Virus record (IMG/VR): IMGVR_UViG_3300032315_001401
Span: 96,001 to 160,000 of that record
Reading direction: 5' to 3' (one strand)
Origin: a virus
DNA: 64,000 bases
Shown piece by piece: positions 45,583-54,931 of the stretch (positions within the stretch are counted from its first letter, which is position 1; every line of letters begins with the position of its first letter). The translations under genes and the position numbers were made by a program. The notes under the pieces are model-generated. The model made no database searches. It had not been told where the DNA came from and saw nothing but the letters and a program-made list of their open reading frames with translations.

Positions 45583-46303
45583 AATATTTCGAAAAAGGAT
45601 TATTCGGATAAGTTCTATAAAATTTAACTATAGTTCTTTCATTATTTAATTTAATTTTTATATGAAAGAAAAAATCATCTTCCAAGTAATTAATAAATTT
45701 TTTATCATAAAGATTTATTTTACTTTGATCAATATCAAAATGATTTAATAGAATATTTTTTATCTTATAAAAATTTTCTTTCGTTTGAAATGGAAATATT
45801 TCTATATTAATGGAATTATCAATAAAATTTCCAATCTTGTCAAAATCACCAGCAATCCATACATCATAATATATATTTTTGAAATATTTAATAATTTTAA
45901 TTGTATCACTAAAAAATTTTGATTTAAAAGATTTATATGTATTTAAATAAAATCCACATTTAAAATTACTTTCAAATGGAATTTTACGTGTAAAATAAAG
46001 AACGGGAAAATTTACATTAATATTAAAAAAATTTAAAGTATCTTTGTCTAAGTATTCATTTGGACCTTTACTTAGATAAGAAATATGAAAATAATCACCA
46101 TCAGATGTAGTATTTGATGACGTAATATTGCACTCATATTTTGATAAGTCCAGTTTTGGACATAAATTCAATAGTTGATTTTCTATTTTTTTTAAATTAG
46201 ATTTCTGAGGAAAATTATTTCCAAATTTATCAACACAAAAATGATGAGAAACATGATTGCTACCCTCTGTAATCTCTTTTTCAAACATTTTGTATCTTAT
46301 CAT
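45566..46303 (-). CDS. Hypothetical protein, tandem paralog B
   Basis: Near-collinear with 46307..47077, including CVDKF.N.F, CxITSSNTTS, NFPVLYFTRKIPFE and KFYRTYPNNPF. Confidence 0.7.
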   Translation of the reverse strand: MIRYKMFEKEITEGSNHVSHHFCVDKFGNNFPQKSNLKKIENQLLNLCPKLDLSKYECNITSSNTTSDGDYFHISYLSKGPNEYLDKDTLNFFNINVNFPVLYFTRKIPFESNFKCGFYLNTYKSFKSKFFSDTIKIIKYFKNIYYDVWIAGDFDKIGNFIDNSINIEIFPFQTKENFYKIKNILLNHFDIDQSKINLYDKKFINYLEDDFFFHIKIKLNNERTIVKFYRTYPNNPFSKYYGQSK

Positions 46304-46306
46304 AAC

Positions 46307-47077
46307 CTAATAGTTTTTTAGAAAGAATTGCATTGCAGAATATTGCAAATATTGCTGCAAAAATGGATTATTTGGATAAGTTCTATAAAATTTTACTATT
46401 TTACCATTATTAGTTATTTTTATTTTTATATAAAAATAAAACTTATCAAGACTATAATTTTCAAACTTTTTATCATACAAATCAATTTTTTCTTTTTTAA
46501 CATCAAAGTTTTTTAACAAAATTTCTTTAATTTCATAGAAATTTCTTTTTGACTGAATGGGAAGTATTTCTATATTAATACTATTATCAATAAACTTCCC
46601 ATCAAACGTAAAATCACCTGCTAAATGCCCACCGGTTTTTACATTATTAAACAAAGAAATAATTTCAACAGTTTCATTAAAAAATTTAGATTTAAATGTT
46701 TTATAAGTGTCTAGATAAAAACCACACTTAAAAGTTTCTTCAAATGGTATTTTTCTGGTAAAATAAAGAACAGGAAAGTTAACGTCAATTTTGAAAGATT
46801 CTAAAATTTCTTTGTTTAAAAACTTTTTATTGGGATTAAGAGGATCAGTCACATAAGAAATATGAATATAATTATTTGGAGATGTAGTATTTGATGATGT
46901 TATAGTGCATTCATAATCATATTTTGATAAGTCAAGATTGATACTAGATAATTGTTTTTCAAGAATATACTGTTTGGATTTTGGGTGAAAATGATTTGCA
47001 AATTTATCTACACAAACATGAGATTCAATATGATTACCTTTGGTGATTTCCTTTTCAAATAATCGATATCTTATCAT
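46307..47077 (-). CDS. Hypothetical protein, tandem paralog A
   Basis: See paralog B. Confidence 0.7.
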   Translation of the reverse strand: MIRYRLFEKEITKGNHIESHVCVDKFANHFHPKSKQYILEKQLSSINLDLSKYDYECTITSSNTTSPNNYIHISYVTDPLNPNKKFLNKEILESFKIDVNFPVLYFTRKIPFEETFKCGFYLDTYKTFKSKFFNETVEIISLFNNVKTGGHLAGDFTFDGKFIDNSINIEILPIQSKRNFYEIKEILLKNFDVKKEKIDLYDKKFENYSLDKFYFYIKIKITNNGKIVKFYRTYPNNPFLQQYLQYSAMQFFLKNY

Positions 47078-47775
47078 TTTGAAAATACCTCAGAATGATT
47101 TTTACCCTTAATAACTTTCTTATCAGATCCATAATAAATCCAAAATGTACCAGAGTACCTAATACCAGAAGTAACGGGTTTTACTTTATGATAAAACATC
47201 CAGTTTGATGGAGAGATAATAACATCGCCAATTGAAGGACGATAAGTTTTATTGCACGAAGCAAAATGCAACTCACCTCCAGTATACTCGTTGTTATCAT
47301 TTAAGTAAACATTGCAGGTTAAAATATTTTTTCTTCTCATAAACCACATAGGAAATATCTCTTCAATGATATCATCATAATGATACTTAAATTCGGATTG
47401 ATTATTATATCTTCTTACAATCATTTCTGAAGGATGAAGATTTTTGTTCCCATAATATGCCCAATTAAAACCTCTAACTCTTTCAGAATATTGTTTTAAA
47501 CCTTTAGTTAAAGCTTTATTTTTGATACTTCCAATGATCTCAATATCAGGATCAAAATAAGAATCTGTTTTATCGTTTAATAAACCATCAGTATAGGGAG
47601 CAGACTTATCTCTTTCACCATTTGAGTTTAAATTATGAATGAGTTGCTCACATTCATTTGGATTAATAAAAGACTTTAGATACAAAATATGATCAGATAA
47701 ATTTAATAAAAACTTATCTTGATCAATTTCATTCTCAATTGAATCTACATTAGTAGATATTTTTAAGTTTTCCAT
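47074..47775 (-). CDS. Prolyl-4-hydroxylase-like Fe(II)/2OG oxygenase
   Basis: FKYHYDD...LTCNVYLND...YTGGELHF...MFYHKVKPVTSGIRYS. Confidence 0.88.
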   Translation of the reverse strand: MENLKISTNVDSIENEIDQDKFLLNLSDHILYLKSFINPNECEQLIHNLNSNGERDKSAPYTDGLLNDKTDSYFDPDIEIIGSIKNKALTKGLKQYSERVRGFNWAYYGNKNLHPSEMIVRRYNNQSEFKYHYDDIIEEIFPMWFMRRKNILTCNVYLNDNNEYTGGELHFASCNKTYRPSIGDVIISPSNWMFYHKVKPVTSGIRYSGTFWIYYGSDKKVIKGKNHSEVFSK

Positions 47776-48509
47776 TATTTTTTAAATACGAATGTTGAAA
47801 GTCCAACACCAGATAAAACATTTTTTAAATTTCTTTTTAAGTATCTAGAACTTATTTCTAAAGTCTGAAGGTGTTTGGTTTTTTGATTTTTTTGAATCGT
47901 AGATAAGTTATTTAACCAGTAATCAAGGGTTGGTTCAAGAGCATAATCATAATGATCTTCAAAATAGATTAAATCAAAATTGTGAGATTTAAACATGTCG
48001 ATCCATTTATCTTTACTATAAGTTTTCATTAGAAAATTATTTAAGTATTTTTCACAATGAGAAATATCAGTTTTTAAATAATAATCTCTTACAATAATTT
48101 GATTTGAAGATTTTGAAAGTTGGGTTAGAACACTATCAGGTTGATATAAATGACAAAATGATTCAATAAACACTATTGAATCATACACCTGATTAAAATT
48201 ATAGTCAAGTAAATCACAAAGTATTACATTTTCAGATATGTTTTCTTTTACATATTCATATTGACGTTTTGAGTTTGTAATTGAAATAACCTCACAACCC
48301 AAATCTTTTTGAATTACTTTTGCTGGTCCACCCCAACCACATCCACAATCTAAAATTTTAGAATTGGGTTTGAGGAATTGATAAAGATGTTGAACTGCAT
48401 TATACATTATATCACCATCTCCCCACCCAACATGATAGTGAAGATCCTCACCTAAAACTTTTTTCCATAATTCTGGATCTGTATCAGAATAAAAATCTTC
48501 AATTTTCAT
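47775..48509 (-). CDS. Class I SAM-dependent methyltransferase (CFA-synthase/tocopherol-MT-like)
   Basis: DLHYHVGW, KILDCGCGWGGPA, YDSIVFIESFCH. Confidence 0.8.
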   Translation of the reverse strand: MKIEDFYSDTDPELWKKVLGEDLHYHVGWGDGDIMYNAVQHLYQFLKPNSKILDCGCGWGGPAKVIQKDLGCEVISITNSKRQYEYVKENISENVILCDLLDYNFNQVYDSIVFIESFCHLYQPDSVLTQLSKSSNQIIVRDYYLKTDISHCEKYLNNFLMKTYSKDKWIDMFKSHNFDLIYFEDHYDYALEPTLDYWLNNLSTIQKNQKTKHLQTLEISSRYLKRNLKNVLSGVGLSTFVFKK

Positions 48510-49137
48510 TTAACACCATTGTCCTATTTAAATCTACTATTAAATTTATCCGATCTTTTGAGGTATTATTCCAACCCCTATGCTCATAAAAATCATTAAA
48601 TGCAACACATTTTCCTGCATTCCAACTTCTACATTCATTTTTTACACAAAATATTATATCACCTTCAGGAACTATTAGTCCAAGATGAACTCTAATAATA
48701 TTTTTGCTTCCCCTATGCGGAGGAATAATGCCATTTGCTGGGAATTTAGCAACAGAAATTGAAGTTACTTCAGAAAATTTAGAAAGTAATGATATCGTTT
48801 TAGGAAATATTTTTTTACCAATAGGAGTTGGATTTGACTGATTTGAAATTATTAAAGTTTCCCATATTTGCTTATCGTTCAGTTGTAGCTCATATCTGCT
48901 ATGAGATTTTTTAAGAGCATTCAATTTAATTTGAGATTCATCCACGTTAGCCATATTTTTAGAGACTTCGTGCATATCTTTCCAAATTAAATAATTTTTA
49001 TCAACTCTCAACAAATCAAAAAAGTTAAAAGTTGATTTAAAATTAAATTTTAAATATTCTTCTAGAATTATGAAATAATTAGATTCTAACGAATTGCAAA
49101 CGTTAAACCTAGAAGTGTTAAGGAAACTCATAATCAA
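48499..49137 (-). CDS. Aspartyl/asparaginyl beta-hydroxylase-family Fe(II)/2OG oxygenase
   Basis: FPKTISLL...AKFPANGIIPPHRG...IRVHLGLIVPEG...WNAGKCVAFNDFYEHRGWNNTSKDRINLIVD. Confidence 0.85.
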   Translation of the reverse strand: MIMSFLNTSRFNVCNSLESNYFIILEEYLKFNFKSTFNFFDLLRVDKNYLIWKDMHEVSKNMANVDESQIKLNALKKSHSRYELQLNDKQIWETLIISNQSNPTPIGKKIFPKTISLLSKFSEVTSISVAKFPANGIIPPHRGSKNIIRVHLGLIVPEGDIIFCVKNECRSWNAGKCVAFNDFYEHRGWNNTSKDRINLIVDLNRTMVLNEN

Positions 49138-49735
49138 TATGCAAAACTTTTAAGGGAGAATATTTACATTCAAAATAATACTCATGATTTTCATAACCAA
49201 AGTTAGTTTTCATTGGTGATGTAATATCAACTTTTTTTCCTTTAATTTTTAATTCAATATTATCTGGAACATTAGAATAAAATATAATGTTATTATATTT
49301 ATTTTTATATTTCCATGGATCTTTATGCTTTGGAGTTCCATTAAATGCTTCTATGTAATGGACACCATATATTCTTTTATCTGAAAATAAATCAATCAGA
49401 GATGGGTCAATTGATATATTATTTTTCAAATATCCATTTTCAATTTTATTATATTTTTTTCCCTCTAGCATAAAATCATCTACAGTAGATTTTTTGTAAA
49501 TTAAATGAGAATAACACATATCCTCAGAAAATTTTATCCACAAAAATCTTAGTCTATGTTTTTTTGAATTCTTTTCCATCAAAAAATGACTCATCTTTGA
49601 TGAAAAATTTCTTAGCGTAGGATTCTCCAAATCCCATTCTCTAAAAACAAACCATTTATCATTATCACAATTTAAATTATCAAGAAAATTTTGTATTTTA
49701 TCTTTATTATTTAAAATTTTATCAACTAGTTCCAT
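49118..49735 (-). CDS. Hypothetical protein, possible Fe(II)/2OG or cupin oxygenase
   Basis: GTPKHKDP...YENHEYY...LKVLHID resembles an HxD...H triad. Confidence 0.45.
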   Translation of the reverse strand: MELVDKILNNKDKIQNFLDNLNCDNDKWFVFREWDLENPTLRNFSSKMSHFLMEKNSKKHRLRFLWIKFSEDMCYSHLIYKKSTVDDFMLEGKKYNKIENGYLKNNISIDPSLIDLFSDKRIYGVHYIEAFNGTPKHKDPWKYKNKYNNIIFYSNVPDNIELKIKGKKVDITSPMKTNFGYENHEYYFECKYSPLKVLHIDYEFP

Positions 49736-50247
49736 AACTCAAATACACCAACATCACTATTTTCTTGAATATCAATACTGTATTCTACATTTTGGTTTAA
49801 ATCAGAATAGTCATATTGAACAAAACTTTTACCATTTACAATACAAGATCCCTTCAAACAAACTATACAAGAATATGATGCATTTGATGATATTATTTTT
49901 TCATTTTTTTCCATCAATTTAGCAGTCCAATTTTCATTTTTCCTCCATGGATTAAATGAAATAAACTTACTATTTTCTAAAGATTCACAAACTACATGAG
50001 AATTGACATAATCTTTCAAATTAATAAGAATTCCAGATGATCCTCCCCCTTCTTTTTGTATAACATTTCCATCCTTGATAACATAAAATCTACCATAACC
50101 ATACTCCAAGTATGTAAATTGAGTAAATCTTTCTTCAGATTTTTCAAATCCAATGCAACCTTTTGGTGCTTGATGGACGCAAAGAAAAAATTTCTTTGAT
50201 CTATAGGTCGTATTAAATGATCCTGATTCTGATTTTGAAAAGTTCAT
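49726..50247 (-). CDS. Cupin-like double-stranded beta-helix protein
   Basis: Beta-rich sequence; IVCLKGSCIVNGKSF...YSIDIQENSDVGVF resembles cupin/pirin C-termini. Confidence 0.45.
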   Translation of the reverse strand: MNFSKSESGSFNTTYRSKKFFLCVHQAPKGCIGFEKSEERFTQFTYLEYGYGRFYVIKDGNVIQKEGGGSSGILINLKDYVNSHVVCESLENSKFISFNPWRKNENWTAKLMEKNEKIISSNASYSCIVCLKGSCIVNGKSFVQYDYSDLNQNVEYSIDIQENSDVGVFELWN

Positions 50248-50249
50248 AT

Positions 50250-50615
50250 TTACCCATTATTCTCTAAAAATTTATCAAAGGTATCTAGGTCATCTTTAAG
50301 TTCCTTTTCTTTCTTCTGGTCGTGATAATAAGACCAGAGAGCATTATGCACATCCATGAGATTATCAATCCAGAAACCTGCAGGATAAATTCCTAGTGTA
50401 TCTTGAAGACCACGATGACTGGTTCCTTCACTTTCTGCTTTACACATAATATAGCAGATTGCCTGAACCATATCAATCTTATCTGATTCAGAAAGCATAA
50501 AATACTTTCCTACTGCTCTTTGCTTTGCTTCTTCAGATTCTTTCTGGAGTTGTTTGCAAGCATCAGAATCCCACCATTCTTGTAGGGATTTGCCGAATTC
50601 GTTATGTTCAGTCAT
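50250..50615 (-). CDS. Hypothetical protein
   Basis: Likely start 50615 (MTEHNEFGKSLQEWW). Confidence 0.55.
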   Translation of the reverse strand: MTEHNEFGKSLQEWWDSDACKQLQKESEEAKQRAVGKYFMLSESDKIDMVQAICYIMCKAESEGTSHRGLQDTLGIYPAGFWIDNLMDVHNALWSYYHDQKKEKELKDDLDTFDKFLENNG

Positions 50616-50838
50616 CTTTATGAAAAAAATTGCCAAAGAATCCGGAGTCGCCCTGTTTACGATTCTCAAGTTTATCCAGAAGACTATCGGTGGTTTGTAG
50701 AGTTTCAATGCGATGAATAAGGTCTGCAATCACACTACAAACCATTGGACGCTCTTGACGGGCAGCATATGATAGAGCATTACGCAGTGCCGCTTCTGCT
50801 TCTTTAAGTGATTCTTCAACTGATTGTGATAGTGCCAT
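50608..50838 (-). CDS. Conserved cyanophage hypothetical protein
   Basis: MALSQSVEESLKEAEAALRNALSYAARQERP... Confidence 0.7.
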   Translation of the reverse strand: MALSQSVEESLKEAEAALRNALSYAARQERPMVCSVIADLIHRIETLQTTDSLLDKLENRKQGDSGFFGNFFHKDD

Positions 50839-50840
50839 AA

Positions 50841-51425
50841 TTAATTCGCCTTTTTAATAAGATAAGATCCATCACCATTATCTACCCATTCAATTCTATC
50901 ACCTTCTTTAAAATCCGCTGCTTCTAATAGGTCTTCGGGAAATGTTATACAATATTCATCTTTATCAGTATCTTCATCTCTGACCACTTCAACAGGAAGA
51001 ACCCACTTTTTTACTTTATCCTTCTTTTGATTAGCAACAAGATACTCAAGATCACTATGACCCCAAGGTCTCATACCATCATCCTCCACTTCTTCTGGAT
51101 AATAGTTTTCTTCCCAAACTTCCCAGAAATCATTCCAAGATTTTTTGCATTCTTCTGACGAATCATCGTTATCACACACAAGATGTTCTTTTTTCTCAAC
51201 ATATTCATCATATGCAGGAATATGACCCTTACCATTACCATTCAGGAGTGCCAAGAGATCATAACAACGACCAGTATGATGCTTGAAGTAATGATACTCT
51301 TCATTCACAATACCTTTGATAGTATCATAGATTTCTTGTGGGGATACTTCAGCAGAAACCAAAGCATCTCTCACCCAAGTCTCAAGTCGTTCAAGTGAAT
51401 ACTTTTTGTAGTCAAAGTTGTCCAT
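50841..51425 (-). CDS. Hypothetical protein with a C-terminal AbrB-like domain
   Basis: KKWVLPVE...YCITFPEDLLEAADFKEGDRIEWVDNGDGSYLIKK. Confidence 0.6.
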   Translation of the reverse strand: MDNFDYKKYSLERLETWVRDALVSAEVSPQEIYDTIKGIVNEEYHYFKHHTGRCYDLLALLNGNGKGHIPAYDEYVEKKEHLVCDNDDSSEECKKSWNDFWEVWEENYYPEEVEDDGMRPWGHSDLEYLVANQKKDKVKKWVLPVEVVRDEDTDKDEYCITFPEDLLEAADFKEGDRIEWVDNGDGSYLIKKAN

Positions 51426-51572
51426 TTTGATGCTCCTTAACTGCTTGTTCAATTATAACACCCAACTCTTTGCCGGTCAATCCATTCAACCATTTCCAGT
51501 TTGGGTCTTGCGGGTCCCAATCTGCCGTATAAGACCCATCGGCATTTTGTGTGATTTTAAAAGTATCTTCCA

Positions 51573-51821
51573 TCAGAACCAAGAACCATTCAGTGACTTA
51601 TGAGATTGCTTCAGTGCTTTGTAAAGTTTTTTAATTTCTTGATAGGATTCTTCTGGTTTCATCTTCCCACCAATTGCCATATTCACCAGATAGGAAACAT
51701 GATGAGAAAAGTTATTGAGATTGTTGATTTGAGCAATTTCAAGAAAACTTATTCCGGCATCTGGATTGATTGGAGGAGTTGGAAATAAAAACTCCTCTTT
51801 TGCTTGCTTTGCAGTTGTCAT
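51573..51821 (-). CDS. Homolog of a small conserved cyanobacterial protein family
   Basis: KEEFLFP...NLNNFSHHVSYLVNMAIGGKMKPEESYQEIKKLYKALKQS parallels the cyanobacterial NLQEFAQRVSY...GGKxxPEEAYxxIKxLWKxLK pattern. Confidence 0.55.
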   Translation of the reverse strand: MTTAKQAKEEFLFPTPPINPDAGISFLEIAQINNLNNFSHHVSYLVNMAIGGKMKPEESYQEIKKLYKALKQSHKSLNGSWF

Positions 51822-53013
51822 TTGTCAAGTGTATAATTATTTAAATTATAAGGTTCTGATGCCAGAATGTCAATCCTTTCATCTATACCATTCATAGAGT
51901 TCATAATTTCATAAAGAACATTTGTGGTTTCAATGTTTTCTTCTTCAAGTTTTTGAACTTTCATTTCCAACTCTGATAACCTTTTATAAACATCATCCAT
52001 AGGGACTTCATCTAACTTGCCCCACTTCTTTTGAAACCAGTTTGGATCACTCATAATACACCTACAGACTTTAAATAACGACGATATGCCATAAACCTAC
52101 CCACACTTGGTTGCCCTGAAACATTCAATTGATGGCAGATTTCACAATATTGAATCCATTCATACCAAGGAGTAGTAGGATCTAATTCGTGATAAGGATA
52201 ATCAGAGTTTTCCACCTACCTGCCCAGTATAAGTTTTGGATTCAGTGAAACCTTCCTGCCGTCCTTTAAGGAGAAAACGGGTTGCTGAAATACACGACTC
52301 TTCAGTGAGAGAGGTGATAAGTCCATTACCTTCTTTGTCCGTTGAATACCAGAGTCCATACTTTTTCTCATCAACATAAAAGGCATCATCGATTAGTTTC
52401 TTTTCGGTCATTGACTTTCTTTACAGTTTCGTGCAGTTCTTTAAGTGCTTGAATGGTTTCAGGAGTTTCTTCCCAACTCCAATCATTGTCATTTTTGTCT
52501 TTATAAGTTCTTTCAGTCATACTTGTAACTCAATTTAATGTCTTTCTTTTTTAGATTGTAACGGTCAATGTGCTGCTTTCGATGGTCTTCAGTTTGAAAA
52601 TAGCACTTGCGGGTTTCTTTTCCGTCTTTATGCACCAATTTGTAAGGAAATTGGTCAAAAGGAAACTCTTCAGTGTGTTCCATAATGTTGATTGCTCACG
52701 GTTTTGAGTATAGGATGAGATGTGGGATTTGTCAAGTCATTTAAATCCCTTTGTCTTCTCTTTGATATCTAACACTTCAATATGACTCAAAAATTGATTT
52801 GCTGTTTGCAACCACGCTGCCTGCACTTCCATATAATCTTCAAAAACAATCTCTCTACCATTAGAAAGAATTAACTTATAGTGATGACGATTATAAGGGT
52901 CGTTTGATGTTTGTTTGAATGTCTTCACTTCTTGTTTATTGTTGTCAGTAGAGTCCAAAACCAAACCTCCAAAAGAATTAGAATAATAATCTCAACAAAT
53001 ACTGGTGGCAGAC

Positions 53014-53364
53014 TCATTCTTCATCATTCCACGGAGGAACTTTTTGCATAATCTCTTTAATTCTTTCCACCACAGCAGGGTCTGGTGGTTCATTGATTCG
53101 TCGCACAAGTTCATCATATGCTTCTGCGGATACAATAATCCTTTCTGGTTCTTGTGCCAATCTCAACCTGCGTTCTGGACTGATAGTTAGATTGTAAGGG
53201 TCATCATAATCATAGATGTATTCTTGAAACCACCCAATACTCAAACTCTCCCAGAACTCACCATAACCCCATTCATCACCATCATTATAACAGTCAAGAA
53301 TATACAGGACATTACGAAATCCATCAAGAAAGTATTCCCATTTTGTTGGGGTTTCAAATCTCAT
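53014..53364 (-). CDS. Hypothetical protein with a C-terminal DUF1778/TacA-antitoxin-like segment
   Basis: ERIIVSAEAYDELVRRINEPPDPAVVERIKEIM resembles the IxLSxxxxxxxxxxLxxPPxPN tail of DUF1778 proteins. Confidence 0.45.
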   Translation of the reverse strand: MRFETPTKWEYFLDGFRNVLYILDCYNDGDEWGYGEFWESLSIGWFQEYIYDYDDPYNLTISPERRLRLAQEPERIIVSAEAYDELVRRINEPPDPAVVERIKEIMQKVPPWNDEE

Positions 53365-53769
53365 TATTTTTCCTCACTCGTTCAAGAAATGCAGTTGCTT
53401 GCTCATCCAATCGTGCAATCAAATCCTCAATATCACTAATTGCAATCTCATTATACTCACGATTGAGGTTCTCACAACGCAAAGCATCAATCATAGATTG
53501 AAATGCAATCATTTGTTGATGTTCTGGTGTGATGGGTGTGCCGTGAGTAAGTCCAGCACATTCCATATTGTAGTAATCATTATATCGTTGAAGAACACGA
53601 TTACTCTTCTCACGACGCTCCGCTTCTTCAAACATTTCGTCAGGGTATGGTTCTTGATTTCTCATAAGTTCTTTCAACCTCTGTTTGCCGTATTCAGTGA
53701 GTTCGTGTTTTTGTTTGCGGAGTTCTTCTATTTCTTCTTGTGTGAGATTGACCCAAGGCATATCATCGT

Positions 53770-54372
53770 TCATCGCAACATCTCCTTGATTTTACGCAAA
53801 CAATCATTAAATCCATCCACAAGCAATTCAGTATCTACATTTTGACTTCCTGCTGCCGATTGTTCTTTAGGCAACCATCTCTCCACTAAATCTACAAACT
53901 CATCACAATAATATCCAAGTTCATCTCTTACCATATTGTAGAGTTTTTGAGATTTATGTTTCTCCACCAATCTATTCACAACCTCATCGGTAATGTATGA
54001 AGCAGGATTATCTTTCTTATCCCACTCTACTTCATCAGCAACTTCATCTGGTGTATATTTTTTATAAGGATACTCTTCTATTTGTTTCATAACTTGCTTC
54101 TGGTAGTAATCTTCAAGAACTCCATATACATTTACATCTCTGACCTGACGGATATAATCTTCTCCCCTTCTTCGCACAAACCACACATAAGCACCAGAAA
54201 AACTATCCGTGTATTCAATTCTATAATATGTTTTTGTATCATAATCTACTATATCAACTTTACCCTGACGCATCAGCATCATATCAGGTTCTTTTTCTGC
54301 TTCTTCAAGTTTATTGAGTTTCTCTTGAAGAATAGCAATATCTTCTTTGAGTTGTTGAATGGTTTCAGTCAT
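53770..54372 (-). CDS. Hypothetical protein with an N-terminal coiled coil
   Basis: ORF track; first gene after the cassette at 54433. Confidence 0.55.
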   Translation of the reverse strand: MTETIQQLKEDIAILQEKLNKLEEAEKEPDMMLMRQGKVDIVDYDTKTYYRIEYTDSFSGAYVWFVRRRGEDYIRQVRDVNVYGVLEDYYQKQVMKQIEEYPYKKYTPDEVADEVEWDKKDNPASYITDEVVNRLVEKHKSQKLYNMVRDELGYYCDEFVDLVERWLPKEQSAAGSQNVDTELLVDGFNDCLRKIKEMLR

Positions 54373-54454
54373 AAGGAGGTTTGTTTCATAGGGTTATTAT
54401 ACGACAAAAGGCACCCGTTTTCAAGTGCCTCTGTTCCAGTTTGAGAAGTGTCCT

Positions 54455-54931
54455 TTAATCGGGATACTTCCCCTTTCGCACCTCATTAAACCAAAGTCCT
54501 TCAAGCAGACGACGAGTTTCACCATCCATAATAACAGCAAGCATCATACCATCAACAGTATGCTTTTTCTTAAACCAATTATGACTTTCATCATTAAATT
54601 GAAGACGAAGATATTCTTCATCATTATAAGAGACAAACTCAAACTTACCACCAAAATCAAACTCCATTTTTGGTTGAGATTTATGTGTCTCAATCTCTTT
54701 GAGGAGTTCCAGTTTCTTTTGAAGCACTTTGATTTCTGCTTCTGTCTTTTCAATATCAGATTTGTAAGTCATTTGTTTCAGGTAAGGAGTAGCATCCATC
54801 ACACCATCTTTCATTGCTTGTCTAAAGGCATTACGCAGACCTTCATCAACTTCTTCGGGATGTTGCTTCCTTGGTTCCCAGTTTGTTGGTTGTCCTTCGT
54901 TGATTTCAGTTGGTTTCCAATCGTTATTCAT
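54455..54931 (-). CDS. Hypothetical protein with a coiled coil related to that of 53770..54372
   Basis: IEKTEAEIKVLQKKLELLKEIE compared with IQQLKEDIAILQEKLNKLEEAE. Confidence 0.55.
   Translation of the reverse strand: MNNDWKPTEINEGQPTNWEPRKQHPEEVDEGLRNAFRQAMKDGVMDATPYLKQMTYKSDIEKTEAEIKVLQKKLELLKEIETHKSQPKMEFDFGGKFEFVSYNDEEYLRLQFNDESHNWFKKKHTVDGMMLAVIMDGETRRLLEGLWFNEVRKGKYPD

Noticed and set aside
44484-49542. Isolated DnaA-box matches (TTATCCACA at 44484 and 49534; TTTTCCACA near 41270)
   Set aside because: About one chance hit per such 9-mer is expected in 64 kb of AT-rich DNA. Only the in-phase triplet at 35803-35843 is treated as meaningful.
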